DNA from: Gammaproteobacteria bacterium
GTDB taxonomy: Bacteria > Pseudomonadota > Gammaproteobacteria > Eutrophobiales > Eutrophobiaceae
Direction of reading: 5' to 3'
DNA length: 64,000 nt
NCBI GenBank assembly: GCA_963422205.2
Contig: CAXMWX010000003.1
Location: forward strand, 192,001-256,000
The notes beneath the pieces are model-generated. The model was not told the origin of the DNA. It saw nothing but the letters and a program-made list of their open reading frames with translations, and did no database searches. A program made the position numbers and the translations under genes. This document shows, one piece after another, positions 21,889 through 31,795 of this stretch. Position 1 is the first letter of the stretch. The number at the start of each line of letters is the position of its first letter.

Positions 21889-23439
21889 ATGGACGGAATA
21901 GAACTGGAGATTATGTGGGGTAATTTGATCAGTATTGTCAGCGAGCAGGCGAAGGCTTTGCAACGTACTGCATTCAGCCCCATCGTGCGTGAGGCTGGAG
22001 ATTTAGCGACAGCACTATTTGATTCAGATACGCGCATGGTCGCACAAGGCCTAATCGGCACACCGGGGCATATTAACTCGCTGGCCGCGGCGGCAAAAAA
22101 TCTCGTTAATGTGATCCCGAAAGAGGAGATTTACCCCGGTGATGTGCTGATCACCAATGATCCCTGGATGTCCGCCGGACATTTTTTTGACATCACCGTG
22201 CTGACACCGATATTCAGAAAAGAAAAACTGATTGCTTATTGCGGTTCTACCATTCACCATACTGACATTGGTGGTTATGGCATTGGTGCCGGTGCCCGGG
22301 ATATTCATGAAGAGGGTTTGTGGATACCCGTATTAAAACTCTATGAACGCGGTAATCCAAACCCGACCTTACATGCCATCATAAAACAAAACGTGCGTAC
22401 ACCGGATGCCATATTTGGCGATCTGGCAGCACAACTATCCAGTGGCAAGATGGGTGGGGAGCGTCTCAATGCCATGTGTGATCGTTATGATTTGGATGCT
22501 ATCGATGAATTGGCAGAAGAAATCATTAACCGTTCAGAAGAGGCTACCCGTGCCGACATTCGAAAACTGGCCGCTGGCACCTATCATGGCCAAACATCAT
22601 TTGATGTACCTGGTGGTGATGTCATTACCTTGAAGACGGCGGTTACAGTAGACAATAAACTGGGCGAGATAAGGATCGACTTTGCCGGTAGTTCTCCCCC
22701 TAGCAAACATGGCATCAATGTCGTTGCTGCTTATACTCATGCCTATAGTACGTTTGCGATGCGTAGTATTTTGAATCCTGATTTGCCTAATAACGCCGGT
22801 AGTCTGGCACCGATCAAAGTAGAATTGCCCAGCAACTGTATTGTCAATGCAAAATACCCTGTGCCAGTGAACGCACGGCATGTCGTCGGTATGTATGTGC
22901 CATTTCCAATTCTCAATGCCTTATCAGAGTTGATGCCGGAACGGGTGCTGGCGGAAGGGTCAGGTGCCGTATGGACGATACAGATTCAAGGCCGTGATAA
23001 AGACGATAAGCCATTCATCAGTTCCATGTTCAATTACTCTGGCGGTATGGGTGGGCGGGCGCGGAAGAATGGCCTTTCCGCAACTTGTTATCCTACGGGT
23101 GTATCAGCAGTGCCGGTCGAGGTATTGGAAGCCTCTATTCCGATAGCATTTACCTGCAAGGAGTTGTTGTCAGGGACAGGTGGCAGGGGTAAATACAATG
23201 GCGGCGATGGCCAACGTATCGGTTTTAAAATGCGTACAGGAAAAAAGTGGTTGTTAAATGCGATTCCCAGCCGCTTACAGATACAGGCAAAAGGTTTACA
23301 AGGTGGTGAGCCGGGTGCTGCGGGTGCGTTTTTAGTAAATGGTGAGCCAAGTTTGGAAGCACACAAAAAGTCTATGTTAGCCGATGATGAAGTACTTATG
23401 CATACACCGGGTGGGGGTGGCTTTGGTATACCATGTTAG
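21889..23439 (+). CDS. Hydantoinase B/5-oxoprolinase-family subunit
   Basis: TAFSPIVREAGD, NDPW..GH..D, HHTDIGG, EEGL and TPGGGGFG motifs; AGGAG RBS. Confidence 0.93.
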   Translation: MDGIELEIMWGNLISIVSEQAKALQRTAFSPIVREAGDLATALFDSDTRMVAQGLIGTPGHINSLAAAAKNLVNVIPKEEIYPGDVLITNDPWMSAGHFFDITVLTPIFRKEKLIAYCGSTIHHTDIGGYGIGAGARDIHEEGLWIPVLKLYERGNPNPTLHAIIKQNVRTPDAIFGDLAAQLSSGKMGGERLNAMCDRYDLDAIDELAEEIINRSEEATRADIRKLAAGTYHGQTSFDVPGGDVITLKTAVTVDNKLGEIRIDFAGSSPPSKHGINVVAAYTHAYSTFAMRSILNPDLPNNAGSLAPIKVELPSNCIVNAKYPVPVNARHVVGMYVPFPILNALSELMPERVLAEGSGAVWTIQIQGRDKDDKPFISSMFNYSGGMGGRARKNGLSATCYPTGVSAVPVEVLEASIPIAFTCKELLSGTGGRGKYNGGDGQRIGFKMRTGKKWLLNAIPSRLQIQAKGLQGGEPGAAGAFLVNGEPSLEAHKKSMLADDEVLMHTPGGGGFGIPC

Positions 23440-23483
23440 CCTTAGGTGCAATTTTAAGGTTTGTTCAAGTGAAGTCATTAATA

Positions 23484-24746
23484 TCAGCGAACTGCCATTG
23501 TGTTTTTGATTGGCGGGCGCATCAGGGCCACTGTGACAGCGACAGCCAACAGCAAGACAGCATAGGCGTAGAAGACGGCAGTGAAGCCACCCAGCTTATC
23601 GCCGATGATGCCGGTCAATATCGGGCCGGCGGTGGCCAGCGTGGTGATCATGTTCAACGTGCCCAGTATCTCCGGGTTGTTTTTTGTCCCAAAATAATTG
23701 ATCAACAACACGGTGGTGGCAAAGAAACACATGCCAAAGCCATAGCCCTCGCCCAGCACGAACACCGCGATCGCAAACAGATTATCAGCGACCGACAAGG
23801 CTAACATGCCGATGATCTCGGCGATCAAGGCCGATAGCAGCAGCCATTTGGGATCAATACGGGTGCTGATGATGCCGCCGAAGGCGCGTGATGCCGCATT
23901 CAGGGCGGCGTGGATACTCATGGCGCTGGCGGCGACTGCCGGGGCAATACCAAAATTACGCAGATGGATCACCGCCCAGGTGCTGATGGTGATAGCACAG
24001 AACAGCGTCATGGTCATCGCCGCTACGATAATATAGAACTGGGGGCAACGGATGACCTCCCGGTAATGCCAGTCCAGCCGGGTTTGATACACACGGGCGG
24101 CATGGGGTTCGTCGTTGGCTTTGCTCGCTTTTGCTTCGGTCGGGGCATGCTCTGGCTCTGCCTTGATGAGGATGCTCGCCAGCAGTGCCAGCAGCGCAAC
24201 AGCACCAGCGGCCAGCCACCAGTAAACACGCCAGGCATGGGTGAATGCCTGTATGCTGGTGACAAGCAGCGGCCCGGCCACGCCGCCCAGGCCGCCGATC
24301 GTCATATAAGCACCGATGGCAAGCGAGCGCTTGTCTGCCAGCCAGTGATTGATGAAATGGATCCCCGGCACATTGGCACAATGGCTGAAACCATAGCCGA
24401 GCAGGGCGGCGGCGATGAAGTAGTGGCTTGGTGCCGTGCAGGTCGCCAGCAGGACAAACCCGCCCGCCATCGCCAGCCCGCCTATGCCATAAGTCGCCCC
24501 GATACCAAATCGGCGCAGCATGAGTGCTGGCAGGATGGCCGTGAGGCCATTCGCCAGGCCGAGCAGGGTGAAGCCCGTGCCAGCATCGGTATAGCTCCAG
24601 CCAAGTTCCTGCATCATAAATGGCAATGCAACACCGAGTGAGCCATAGCTCGCCCCCGTGATCAGAAAAAACATCAGGCTGACAATGGCAAACATGCCCC
24701 AGCGTTTGACAGCGAAAGCATTGGCCATGAATTTTTCAAATATCAC
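23484..24746 (-). CDS. MFS transporter
   Basis: About 12 TM segments with an MFS-like pattern. Confidence 0.88.
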   Translation of the reverse strand: MIFEKFMANAFAVKRWGMFAIVSLMFFLITGASYGSLGVALPFMMQELGWSYTDAGTGFTLLGLANGLTAILPALMLRRFGIGATYGIGGLAMAGGFVLLATCTAPSHYFIAAALLGYGFSHCANVPGIHFINHWLADKRSLAIGAYMTIGGLGGVAGPLLVTSIQAFTHAWRVYWWLAAGAVALLALLASILIKAEPEHAPTEAKASKANDEPHAARVYQTRLDWHYREVIRCPQFYIIVAAMTMTLFCAITISTWAVIHLRNFGIAPAVAASAMSIHAALNAASRAFGGIISTRIDPKWLLLSALIAEIIGMLALSVADNLFAIAVFVLGEGYGFGMCFFATTVLLINYFGTKNNPEILGTLNMITTLATAGPILTGIIGDKLGGFTAVFYAYAVLLLAVAVTVALMRPPIKNTMAVR

Positions 24747-24823
24747 CAGCCTTTACCAAGGCGCATTGCCGCCAGTGCAAGTCCAGCATTATACGGTTTT
24801 TTAAATGAATACAGTTGCTATGA

Positions 24824-25315
24824 TTATTCGCGAGTATAGTTATCAGGTATCTGTGGATCTTCACCGGCTTTTACCCATAGTACGATTTCATTACCCCAGG
24901 GGTCACGAAAAGCATGGTTATAACCATTGAATTCCGCCCAGTAGTGATCGCGCCACATGATCTCTGCACCTAGCTTTTCAGCCGTTTCCAGAATCCTTTC
25001 ATGTGAGTCGTCATCACTAACCAACATCCAGATACGAGCCTTTCTACCATCTTTGCTTAGCCCGCGTGGTTCTACACCACCCAGATCAGGATGTGGACGT
25101 GCATTACTTACATTAAAAATACCCAAATGCAGGTTACCAATTTCACTTTGTGATCCGTCAGGATTTTTAAAATTTTGACCCGGCACCAAACGATGGAATT
25201 CCCCCGCAGGTCTGCCTTCATTGCTCCAGCCAAAGACCTTGGTGTAGAACTTTCCAGTTGCTTCGGGGTCATCGGAGGCCAGATCAACAAATATCAAGGT
25301 AGTAGGGTAAGCCAT
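24824..25315 (-). CDS. VOC/glyoxalase-family protein
   Basis: FYTKVFGW...FRDPWGNEI VOC motifs; AGGAG RBS. Confidence 0.82.
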   Translation of the reverse strand: MAYPTTLIFVDLASDDPEATGKFYTKVFGWSNEGRPAGEFHRLVPGQNFKNPDGSQSEIGNLHLGIFNVSNARPHPDLGGVEPRGLSKDGRKARIWMLVSDDDSHERILETAEKLGAEIMWRDHYWAEFNGYNHAFRDPWGNEIVLWVKAGEDPQIPDNYTRE

Positions 25316-25389
25316 GATCATCTCCTGTTATTTTGGTTTGGAGGGATTGATAGAGTACATCCTTTTATCGCTGAAGTTTCTCTCAAAGT

Positions 25390-25415
25390 CTTGTGTGCAT
25401 GCGCCTAATCTCTTG
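25390..25415 (-). promoter_or_regulatory. Candidate AraC-family binding site (GCG-N8-CAAG with a second CAAG 22 bp upstream)
   Basis: The same motif recurs at 26481-26495, 30932-30957, 33039-33064 and 33116-33130, each upstream of a transcription unit. Confidence 0.5.
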
Positions 25416-25449
25416 CCAATATAATACTAACAACATGCTGCTAATTCTC

Positions 25450-26394
25450 TTACAGACCACCACGACGATAGTCGCGTGGTGAAATACCATATTCATTGCG
25501 GAATACCCGGCTGAAGTGTGCCGAACCGTTAAAACCCCAGCGAAAACAGATCTCTGAAATCGACAACTGACTGTGCAAGGGACTCATCAGATCAGCCCGA
25601 CATCGCTCCAGTCTGCGGGTACGTAAATACTGGCTGAAGCTCATGTCCGCATTGGTAAACAGTTTTTGCAGGTAGCGAGTTGATACGCCATGTTCACTGG
25701 CAACCCGGGCCAGGTTCAAGTCAGGATCGCCTAACATGGTTTCTATACTTTGGCAGATCCTGTGCAGGTGTGAGGTACGCGCACCAGCGGCACCACCTAG
25801 ACCAAACACAGTTTTTTCGTCACTCAGCGAGGCAATGATAAACTCTGTCAAGGCCAGCTCAACGGGTGGTAACTGACTGGATTCAATCTCTTCTAATATT
25901 TCTGCGAGTGCGGTGAGCATCCTGGCAAATATATGATCAATACCGGATTTTGAGTTCAAGTGACCGATACTGAGCGACAGTGGTGCGATAACACGCGGGT
26001 TTAATGTCAGGCGTGGAATGCGAATATACAGTATGCTGAAGTCAGTCAGAAAGTGCATGGTCGCCTCGTTACGACAGGGGCCGTAGGCAATATCACCTAC
26101 TGCCATATCTATAGTATGATCACTTAATACTAACTGTGCCTGTCCATGGAGCAGCAAGACCAACCAGATAGCAGCAGATTGATTCATGTACTTGCCGGAT
26201 ATTTCATGGGCTGAGGCATTGATACAGGCAAACTCCATACCCAATGGAGAGGCATGACAGGAGACTGTACCGTGAAAATTCCGTGTGTTGTCCAACTCGC
26301 CGACCGGTAAGGCCAGGCGATGCATGGCCTCAAGCCAGCCCTGATGCCGTTCGCTAGCTGGGTATGTTTCTGTGGTGAACTGCCAGGCTTTCAC
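25450..26394 (-). CDS. AraC-family (FeaR-like) transcriptional regulator
   Basis: MKAWQFTTE...ERHQGW N-terminus; C-terminal double HTH (SISEICFRWGFNGSAHFSRVFRNEYGISPRDYR). Confidence 0.92.
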   Translation of the reverse strand: MKAWQFTTETYPASERHQGWLEAMHRLALPVGELDNTRNFHGTVSCHASPLGMEFACINASAHEISGKYMNQSAAIWLVLLLHGQAQLVLSDHTIDMAVGDIAYGPCRNEATMHFLTDFSILYIRIPRLTLNPRVIAPLSLSIGHLNSKSGIDHIFARMLTALAEILEEIESSQLPPVELALTEFIIASLSDEKTVFGLGGAAGARTSHLHRICQSIETMLGDPDLNLARVASEHGVSTRYLQKLFTNADMSFSQYLRTRRLERCRADLMSPLHSQLSISEICFRWGFNGSAHFSRVFRNEYGISPRDYRRGGL

Positions 26395-26609
26395 GGTGTA
26401 CTTGTTTTTTTAATGTGTGTTTTCATTCTAAAGTCTAAAGCAACTGCCAGGCAAAGTTTAGCGTATGACAAGCTAAATCCGTGTCTGTGGACAAGCCGTT
26501 TTTCGACAGGCGAAACCCGGATAAAAGCTTACTTTGCCGTGCTTGCCTCTATGGTATGGTGTATCGGGAAAATTCTTAAATAACGCCTATCTTGCAGCAA
26601 ACGGGTAGC

Positions 26610-27644
26610 ATGAAAGCACTTATTTATGATCAGCCTGGTGGTGTTGATGTTTTGCAATATCGCGATGTGCCTGACCCGGAACCAGAGGCGCATGATGTCG
26701 TCATTAAAGTGACAGCCACTACCATTAATCATCTGGATGTTGTCCAGCGTAATGGCTGGTTTAGCCTGCCGGGTTTTTCGCTGCCACATATTGCCGGGAT
26801 GGATATAGTTGGTACGGTGATCGAAGTGGGTGAAGCCGTTACCAGTGTCAAAACAGGTGACAGGGTAGTGGTCGATCCATCCATGACGGAAGTGCCTGAG
26901 GGTTCGAAACTTGCCGGATACGGTGATCTCTATGGTGAGTTAGGTGTGCTTGGTGGTACGCTTGCTGGCGGTTATGCCGAGCGTTGTCTGGCGCCGGAGA
27001 CGCATTTACATGCTATTCCCGATGACATGTCCTGGCACCAGGCCGTTATTTTTCCAACGGCCTGCATGACGGCACACCATGCCTTGTTCGATGTCGCCAG
27101 GCTCAAAGCCGGTGAGACCATCATGATCCATGCGGCTGGCAGCGGCGTATCCATGGTGACTATCCAGTTGGCCAGACAGCAGGGGGCAACGGTATTGGCA
27201 ACGGCGGGTAGTGAAGAGAAATGTGAATATGCTGCCGATCTAGGGGCCGATCACACCTGCAATAATCGCACAACAGATGTGGCGGCATGGGCACGCAAAT
27301 GCACAGACGGCAAAGGGGTGGATGTGGTCTTTGATCACGTTGGTGAGGCTTTGTGGGCGGCTTCAATGTTTTCCCTGACCCCACGTGGCCGTTTGGTGAA
27401 CTGCGGCAGCACCTCCGGCAATGCGCCTGTTATTCCAGACCTGGGTTATATGTATCACATGGGTTTGCAGATACTCGGCTCAGATCCGTACCGCTATGAG
27501 GAATTTGAACCGGCCTGGCAGCAGTATTGTGCGGGCGAGTTGGAAGCCGTCATTGATAGTGTCTATCCGTTAGCAGATGGCGCAACAGCACAGGAGCGGC
27601 TGCTCGGCGGCCAGTCGTTCGGCAAGATTGTATTGGAACCCTGA
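26610..27644 (+). CDS. Zinc-binding alcohol dehydrogenase/quinone oxidoreductase (MDR family)
   Basis: PHIAGMD..G.V..VG..V, IHAAGSGVS and GKIVL motifs. Confidence 0.9.
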   Translation: MKALIYDQPGGVDVLQYRDVPDPEPEAHDVVIKVTATTINHLDVVQRNGWFSLPGFSLPHIAGMDIVGTVIEVGEAVTSVKTGDRVVVDPSMTEVPEGSKLAGYGDLYGELGVLGGTLAGGYAERCLAPETHLHAIPDDMSWHQAVIFPTACMTAHHALFDVARLKAGETIMIHAAGSGVSMVTIQLARQQGATVLATAGSEEKCEYAADLGADHTCNNRTTDVAAWARKCTDGKGVDVVFDHVGEALWAASMFSLTPRGRLVNCGSTSGNAPVIPDLGYMYHMGLQILGSDPYRYEEFEPAWQQYCAGELEAVIDSVYPLADGATAQERLLGGQSFGKIVLEP

Positions 27645-27660
27645 TATTTAGTAGCTGTTA

Positions 27661-28075
27661 GTGACTGCTGATTCCCCTTATCCAGAACTCAAAAAGCGCC
27701 ACACCATGGCCTGTCAAGATCGGTCGTGGTGCGATTACGAGCCACCACCATCTACAGCAATCTGGTCTGTCATCCAGGGTGCTAACGCCTATTGGATGTT
27801 GCTGGCGGCGATTGATTTGGGCGTGTTTGATGCGCTGGAGGAGCAGGGCAGACAGGCCCGAGTGGCGACCGTTATTGAATGTAATGAATCAACTGGTCTG
27901 GTCGGCTCACGGTGGGGGTGTGGATACGGTGATGGTGGATGGCAGGATGGTTGTCGAAAACGGGCGTTGTGTGACCTTGGATGAGGAGTGGCTATGGGCG
28001 GAAGCGCAGCGTATGGGAGAGGCTATTGCTGGGCGTTCGGGTCTGCCCGACAAAGCAAAGTTTCCGACCTTATAG
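27661..28075 (+). pseudogene. Chimeric deletion remnant: O-methyltransferase-like N-terminus joined out of frame to an amidohydrolase C-terminus
   Basis: 27661-27850 reads ...AYWMLLAAIDLGVFDALEEQG. From 27851 another frame reads DRPEWRPLLNVMNQLVWSAHGGGVDTVMVDGR..., paralogous to the end of 15353-16735 (DRPEWQPRTHVLNQLVCSADGRGVHSVWVDGV). Confidence 0.75.
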
Positions 28076-28078
28076 TTG

Positions 28079-28558
28079 CTATCCCCACACCTCGCGGGCC
28101 TTTTCATACACGCCCTGGTCGTAGGAAAATTCCACCATATTACCTTCCGGATCACGCAGGAAACAGATATAGCCGATGCGTTTTGGCATTTGTTTTGGCC
28201 CCAGCACCAGGCAGCCGCCTGCCTTGCCCCTGGCCGCTATGGTGTCAATGGTTTGTTTATCCGGCACTTCTATGCCAATGTGGGCAAACGGCCCCAGGGC
28301 CGGGTGCTCAATAGGGGCAAACGGGTCATGGCCTTCAAAGAACTGCGCCAGCACCAGGATAAACGGACTGTCACCCTGGCTGTTATCGCCCAGCCAGGCG
28401 CCATAGCCATCCTCATCCTCTTCCTTAAACAAGAGCGATAGGTGGGTAAACTCTTCATACCAGGCAATGACCTTGTCTATGTCTTTGACATGCAGGGCCA
28501 GATGCGTCCAGGTGGGGCGCTGGGGTCGGCGTTTATGGTTGGTCTTGGCACTCATCAA
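28079..28558 (-). CDS. VOC/glyoxalase-family protein
   Basis: THLALHV, AHIGIEV and FLRDPEGNMVEFS motifs. Confidence 0.88.
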   Translation of the reverse strand: MMSAKTNHKRRPQRPTWTHLALHVKDIDKVIAWYEEFTHLSLLFKEEDEDGYGAWLGDNSQGDSPFILVLAQFFEGHDPFAPIEHPALGPFAHIGIEVPDKQTIDTIAARGKAGGCLVLGPKQMPKRIGYICFLRDPEGNMVEFSYDQGVYEKAREVWG

Positions 28559-30865
28559 TCAGTCCCAGTGGTATCTGATGCTGCCTGTCACTTCCCGTGG
28601 CGGGATATATTCATGACTGGTGGACCATATCCCGAATGGATTGCTAAAGACATTGTTAATGCCGTCCTCATTGAGGAGATTGGAAACGAGCAGGGTAAAG
28701 CTGAGGGGGTATTGAGGCATATCGTAGGCGAAATGCAGATTGACGACATCATAGCTGGGCACGGTATCGACCAGCGGGTTATTAAATACCCGTGCCTGCA
28801 TCTTGCCACGGTGGACATATTCAATGCGAGAGCTCAGTACGCCACCATCAGCAAAGCTATATGTATTCGTTAAACCGAGCCGCACCATGATGTTGGGCAG
28901 CTTCGGCGGCTCATTGCCGTTGAGGTTATTGGCCTCGGCCAACATATGCCGTGTTGTTTGAGAACCGTCACTGAACAGCCCTAAACCCGGTGCCAGTGCC
29001 TCACGAAAATCAATGGGGTCCAGCGCCAGGTTATCCCCCTTTATCTTGCCATCCTGCCAGGCGAGCATACCATCAAACCGCCATTGGGCATTGACCTGCC
29101 AGCTAAACTCGCTTTCAATGCCGTACTCTTCCAGCTTGGGGATAGTGCCAGTGCCGCCAGCAAAGGGGACCGGGTCCTCAAAGATATATTGCAGGTGTTC
29201 ATGGTCGTAGTAGAACGCCGTGACATTGAAGCGCACGGCGTTATCGAACAAGGTATTGCGGCTGCCAAGCTCGAACGCCATCACCTTCTCAGGGGCAAAC
29301 AGACCATCCAGGAAGGTGGCATTGTTGGCAATGGCCCCCGGATTGGTGCCGCCGTTTTTCCAGCCGGTGGAGATCAGGCCGTACACGAGGTGATCGTCAG
29401 TCAGCTTGACATCAATGCCTGCCTTCCAGGCGAGCTGCGAGTCGTTCGTCTCCCGGTCAAAGCCGACACTGAAGAACTGCACACCAAAGTCACGCTGCTT
29501 CTCATCCTGATAGCGCAGGCCGGCGGTGAGAGAAAAGGTCTCATTCAGGCGATAGGTGGCCTGTCCATAAGCCGCCAGGTCTTCGCGGGCCACTTCACGT
29601 GCTTCATTGAAGTTCAACACCGAATTAAACGGCGGCAGAGTGGCCGGGCTGGGGTTGGCCAGCGCGGCGGCGGAGGCTGAGAACGGCGCTGCCCCGGTGG
29701 CTTCAAGGAAATCATTGAAATTGTCATGATCCAGGTAATAGGCTCCCACGACCCAGTCAAGCTGCTCACTATTGTAGGTAATATTGATTTCCTGGCTGAA
29801 GGCATCGGAATCATTATCCCAGAAAGTCAGTACATCCCAGTTGTCAGGGTTGAAAAAACCCAATCTGTCTATGCTGAGAGTTGCCTCAGTCAGGCGATCA
29901 CCATCGACTGACTGCCGCTTCTCCAGCATCTGATAACCGGTCATTGATTTGACTGTGACACCAACAGGCGTCTGCCATTCAAGAATAATCGAAGCACTGG
30001 TATTTTCCAGTTTGAAAATGCCGGGGAAATCCTGGGTCAGGCGGCGTGGATCCGGGTTTGGGTCATCCACATTTTTCTGCGCCGCTGCGTTTTGATCAGA
30101 GTCCTGATAGAAACCCTGTGCAATGATTTTTAATGATTCTGTGGGTTCCCAGAGCAGGGCTGCTTTTGCGGTCACTGAGTCTGCATTATCAAGTTGATAG
30201 CCGTCCAACGCACCACCGCTGATTTCAGCAAAACCGTCGCGGCGATATTTCTGGAGCGAGGCACGCATAGCAGCGGTGCTGCCAAGTGGCAGGTTAATGG
30301 CGGTACGTGCATTGAGCATATCATAGGTGCCATAACCCAGTTCCGCATAGCCGCTGGCCTCGTCAAGCCCCGGTTTTTTTGTTATCAGGTTAATGGCACC
30401 GCCGGTGGTGCCCTGGCCGAATTCGGTGCCCTGGGGCCCACGAAAAACCTCAATGCGCTCAAGTTCACCGAGATCCAGCCCCATGGAAAGCGGATTGGCC
30501 AGATAGATACCATCAATGTAAGTCAGCACACTGGGTTGCGAGGCAATATTCTGTGCGGTTTCCCAGCCAATGCCGCGAATAGACACCACGCGACCTGCCC
30601 CATCGTTCTTGGCAACGACCAGCCCGGGGACAAAGCCGTTGAAGTTATCCAGTTTGACGATGTTGGATTTATCGAAGTCCTCGCCGGTGACGACCGAGAC
30701 GGCGATGGCCGCCTCCTGCAGGGCCACTTCACGTTTACGGGCAGTAACAATAATTTGTTCAAGCCCGACTGCTGTTACGGGTGATGTTGCAAGTATACTG
30801 GAGAGTATTATTGCTGTAATAACAGACTTGCCTAAGTGATTGATATGAATCTGCAACTCGCACAT
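28559..30865 (-). CDS. TonB-dependent outer-membrane receptor
   Basis: Signal peptide, TonB box EQIIVTARKRE, plug motif ERIEVFRGPQGT.FG....GGAINLIT. Confidence 0.93.
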   Translation of the reverse strand: MCELQIHINHLGKSVITAIILSSILATSPVTAVGLEQIIVTARKREVALQEAAIAVSVVTGEDFDKSNIVKLDNFNGFVPGLVVAKNDGAGRVVSIRGIGWETAQNIASQPSVLTYIDGIYLANPLSMGLDLGELERIEVFRGPQGTEFGQGTTGGAINLITKKPGLDEASGYAELGYGTYDMLNARTAINLPLGSTAAMRASLQKYRRDGFAEISGGALDGYQLDNADSVTAKAALLWEPTESLKIIAQGFYQDSDQNAAAQKNVDDPNPDPRRLTQDFPGIFKLENTSASIILEWQTPVGVTVKSMTGYQMLEKRQSVDGDRLTEATLSIDRLGFFNPDNWDVLTFWDNDSDAFSQEINITYNSEQLDWVVGAYYLDHDNFNDFLEATGAAPFSASAAALANPSPATLPPFNSVLNFNEAREVAREDLAAYGQATYRLNETFSLTAGLRYQDEKQRDFGVQFFSVGFDRETNDSQLAWKAGIDVKLTDDHLVYGLISTGWKNGGTNPGAIANNATFLDGLFAPEKVMAFELGSRNTLFDNAVRFNVTAFYYDHEHLQYIFEDPVPFAGGTGTIPKLEEYGIESEFSWQVNAQWRFDGMLAWQDGKIKGDNLALDPIDFREALAPGLGLFSDGSQTTRHMLAEANNLNGNEPPKLPNIMVRLGLTNTYSFADGGVLSSRIEYVHRGKMQARVFNNPLVDTVPSYDVVNLHFAYDMPQYPLSFTLLVSNLLNEDGINNVFSNPFGIWSTSHEYIPPREVTGSIRYHWD

Positions 30866-30988
30866 TAGATTAACCCCCCATAAGCCGTGAGTCACAAGCC
30901 TATTGAGTGTGGGACAAAATATGTATCAGGACTTGCACAAATGCGCCCTTTTATTTGCGTAATATCATTTTGTGCAAGGATGACGGGG

Positions 30989-31795
30989 TTAATTATATTC
31001 ACCAAAAACCACACTGGTCATGCTCAACGAGCGATAGACAATGTAATCAGACAGCAGGCTGATTTTATCATCAGCGTATCTGGCGCCCAGGGCATACAAC
31101 AGGGGACAATAATGATCAGTACCAGGCACAGACAGCATAGCCGACTCACCAAACTCGGCGTAGTTACAAATGTTATCTATGTTATAGCTCAGGATATTGT
31201 TCTTAATATACTCATTGAACCGCACCGCCCAGTCATACGGTTCTGCCTGTTCGTTCCATTCCATAATCGACAGGTTATGGACGATGTTGCCTGTTGCCAT
31301 AATCAGCACACCTTCATCACGCAGTGGTTGCAGTTTTTTACCGATCTTAACATGCCATGCCAGTGGTTGAGATAAATCCATACTCAACTGTATAACCGGA
31401 ATATCGGCTTGCGGGTACATCTTTAGCAGGACTGACCAGGTGCCGTGATCCAAACCCCAGGACTGATCCAGCGTCACATCAACGGGTGCTAATAGCCCGG
31501 CTACCCATTGTGCCAGTTCAGGATCACCAGCGGCAGGGTATTGTAAATCAAATAAAGCAGCGGGTAAGGAACGGCCAAAGTCATGGATGGTCTTAGGTTG
31601 CAGCATCGCTGTGACAGCTGTGCCACGGGTACACCAATGTGCAGAGATGGATAGAATGGCTTGGGGTTTTGCGATGGTCTGGCCAAAACGCTGCCAGGAA
31701 CGTGTCGCCTCGTTATCAGCAATGGCGTTGACAGGGCTGCCGTGGCCGATGAACACAACAGGCATTGTCGTTGCTTTCATGAGTGGTATGGGCAA
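30989..31795 (-). CDS. ygiD: 4,5-DOPA dioxygenase extradiol / LigB-family ring-cleavage dioxygenase
   Basis: FIGHGSP, ISAHW, WGLDHGTW, GNIVHNL and DHYCPLLY motifs. Confidence 0.88.
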   Translation of the reverse strand: MPIPLMKATTMPVVFIGHGSPVNAIADNEATRSWQRFGQTIAKPQAILSISAHWCTRGTAVTAMLQPKTIHDFGRSLPAALFDLQYPAAGDPELAQWVAGLLAPVDVTLDQSWGLDHGTWSVLLKMYPQADIPVIQLSMDLSQPLAWHVKIGKKLQPLRDEGVLIMATGNIVHNLSIMEWNEQAEPYDWAVRFNEYIKNNILSYNIDNICNYAEFGESAMLSVPGTDHYCPLLYALGARYADDKISLLSDYIVYRSLSMTSVVFGEYN

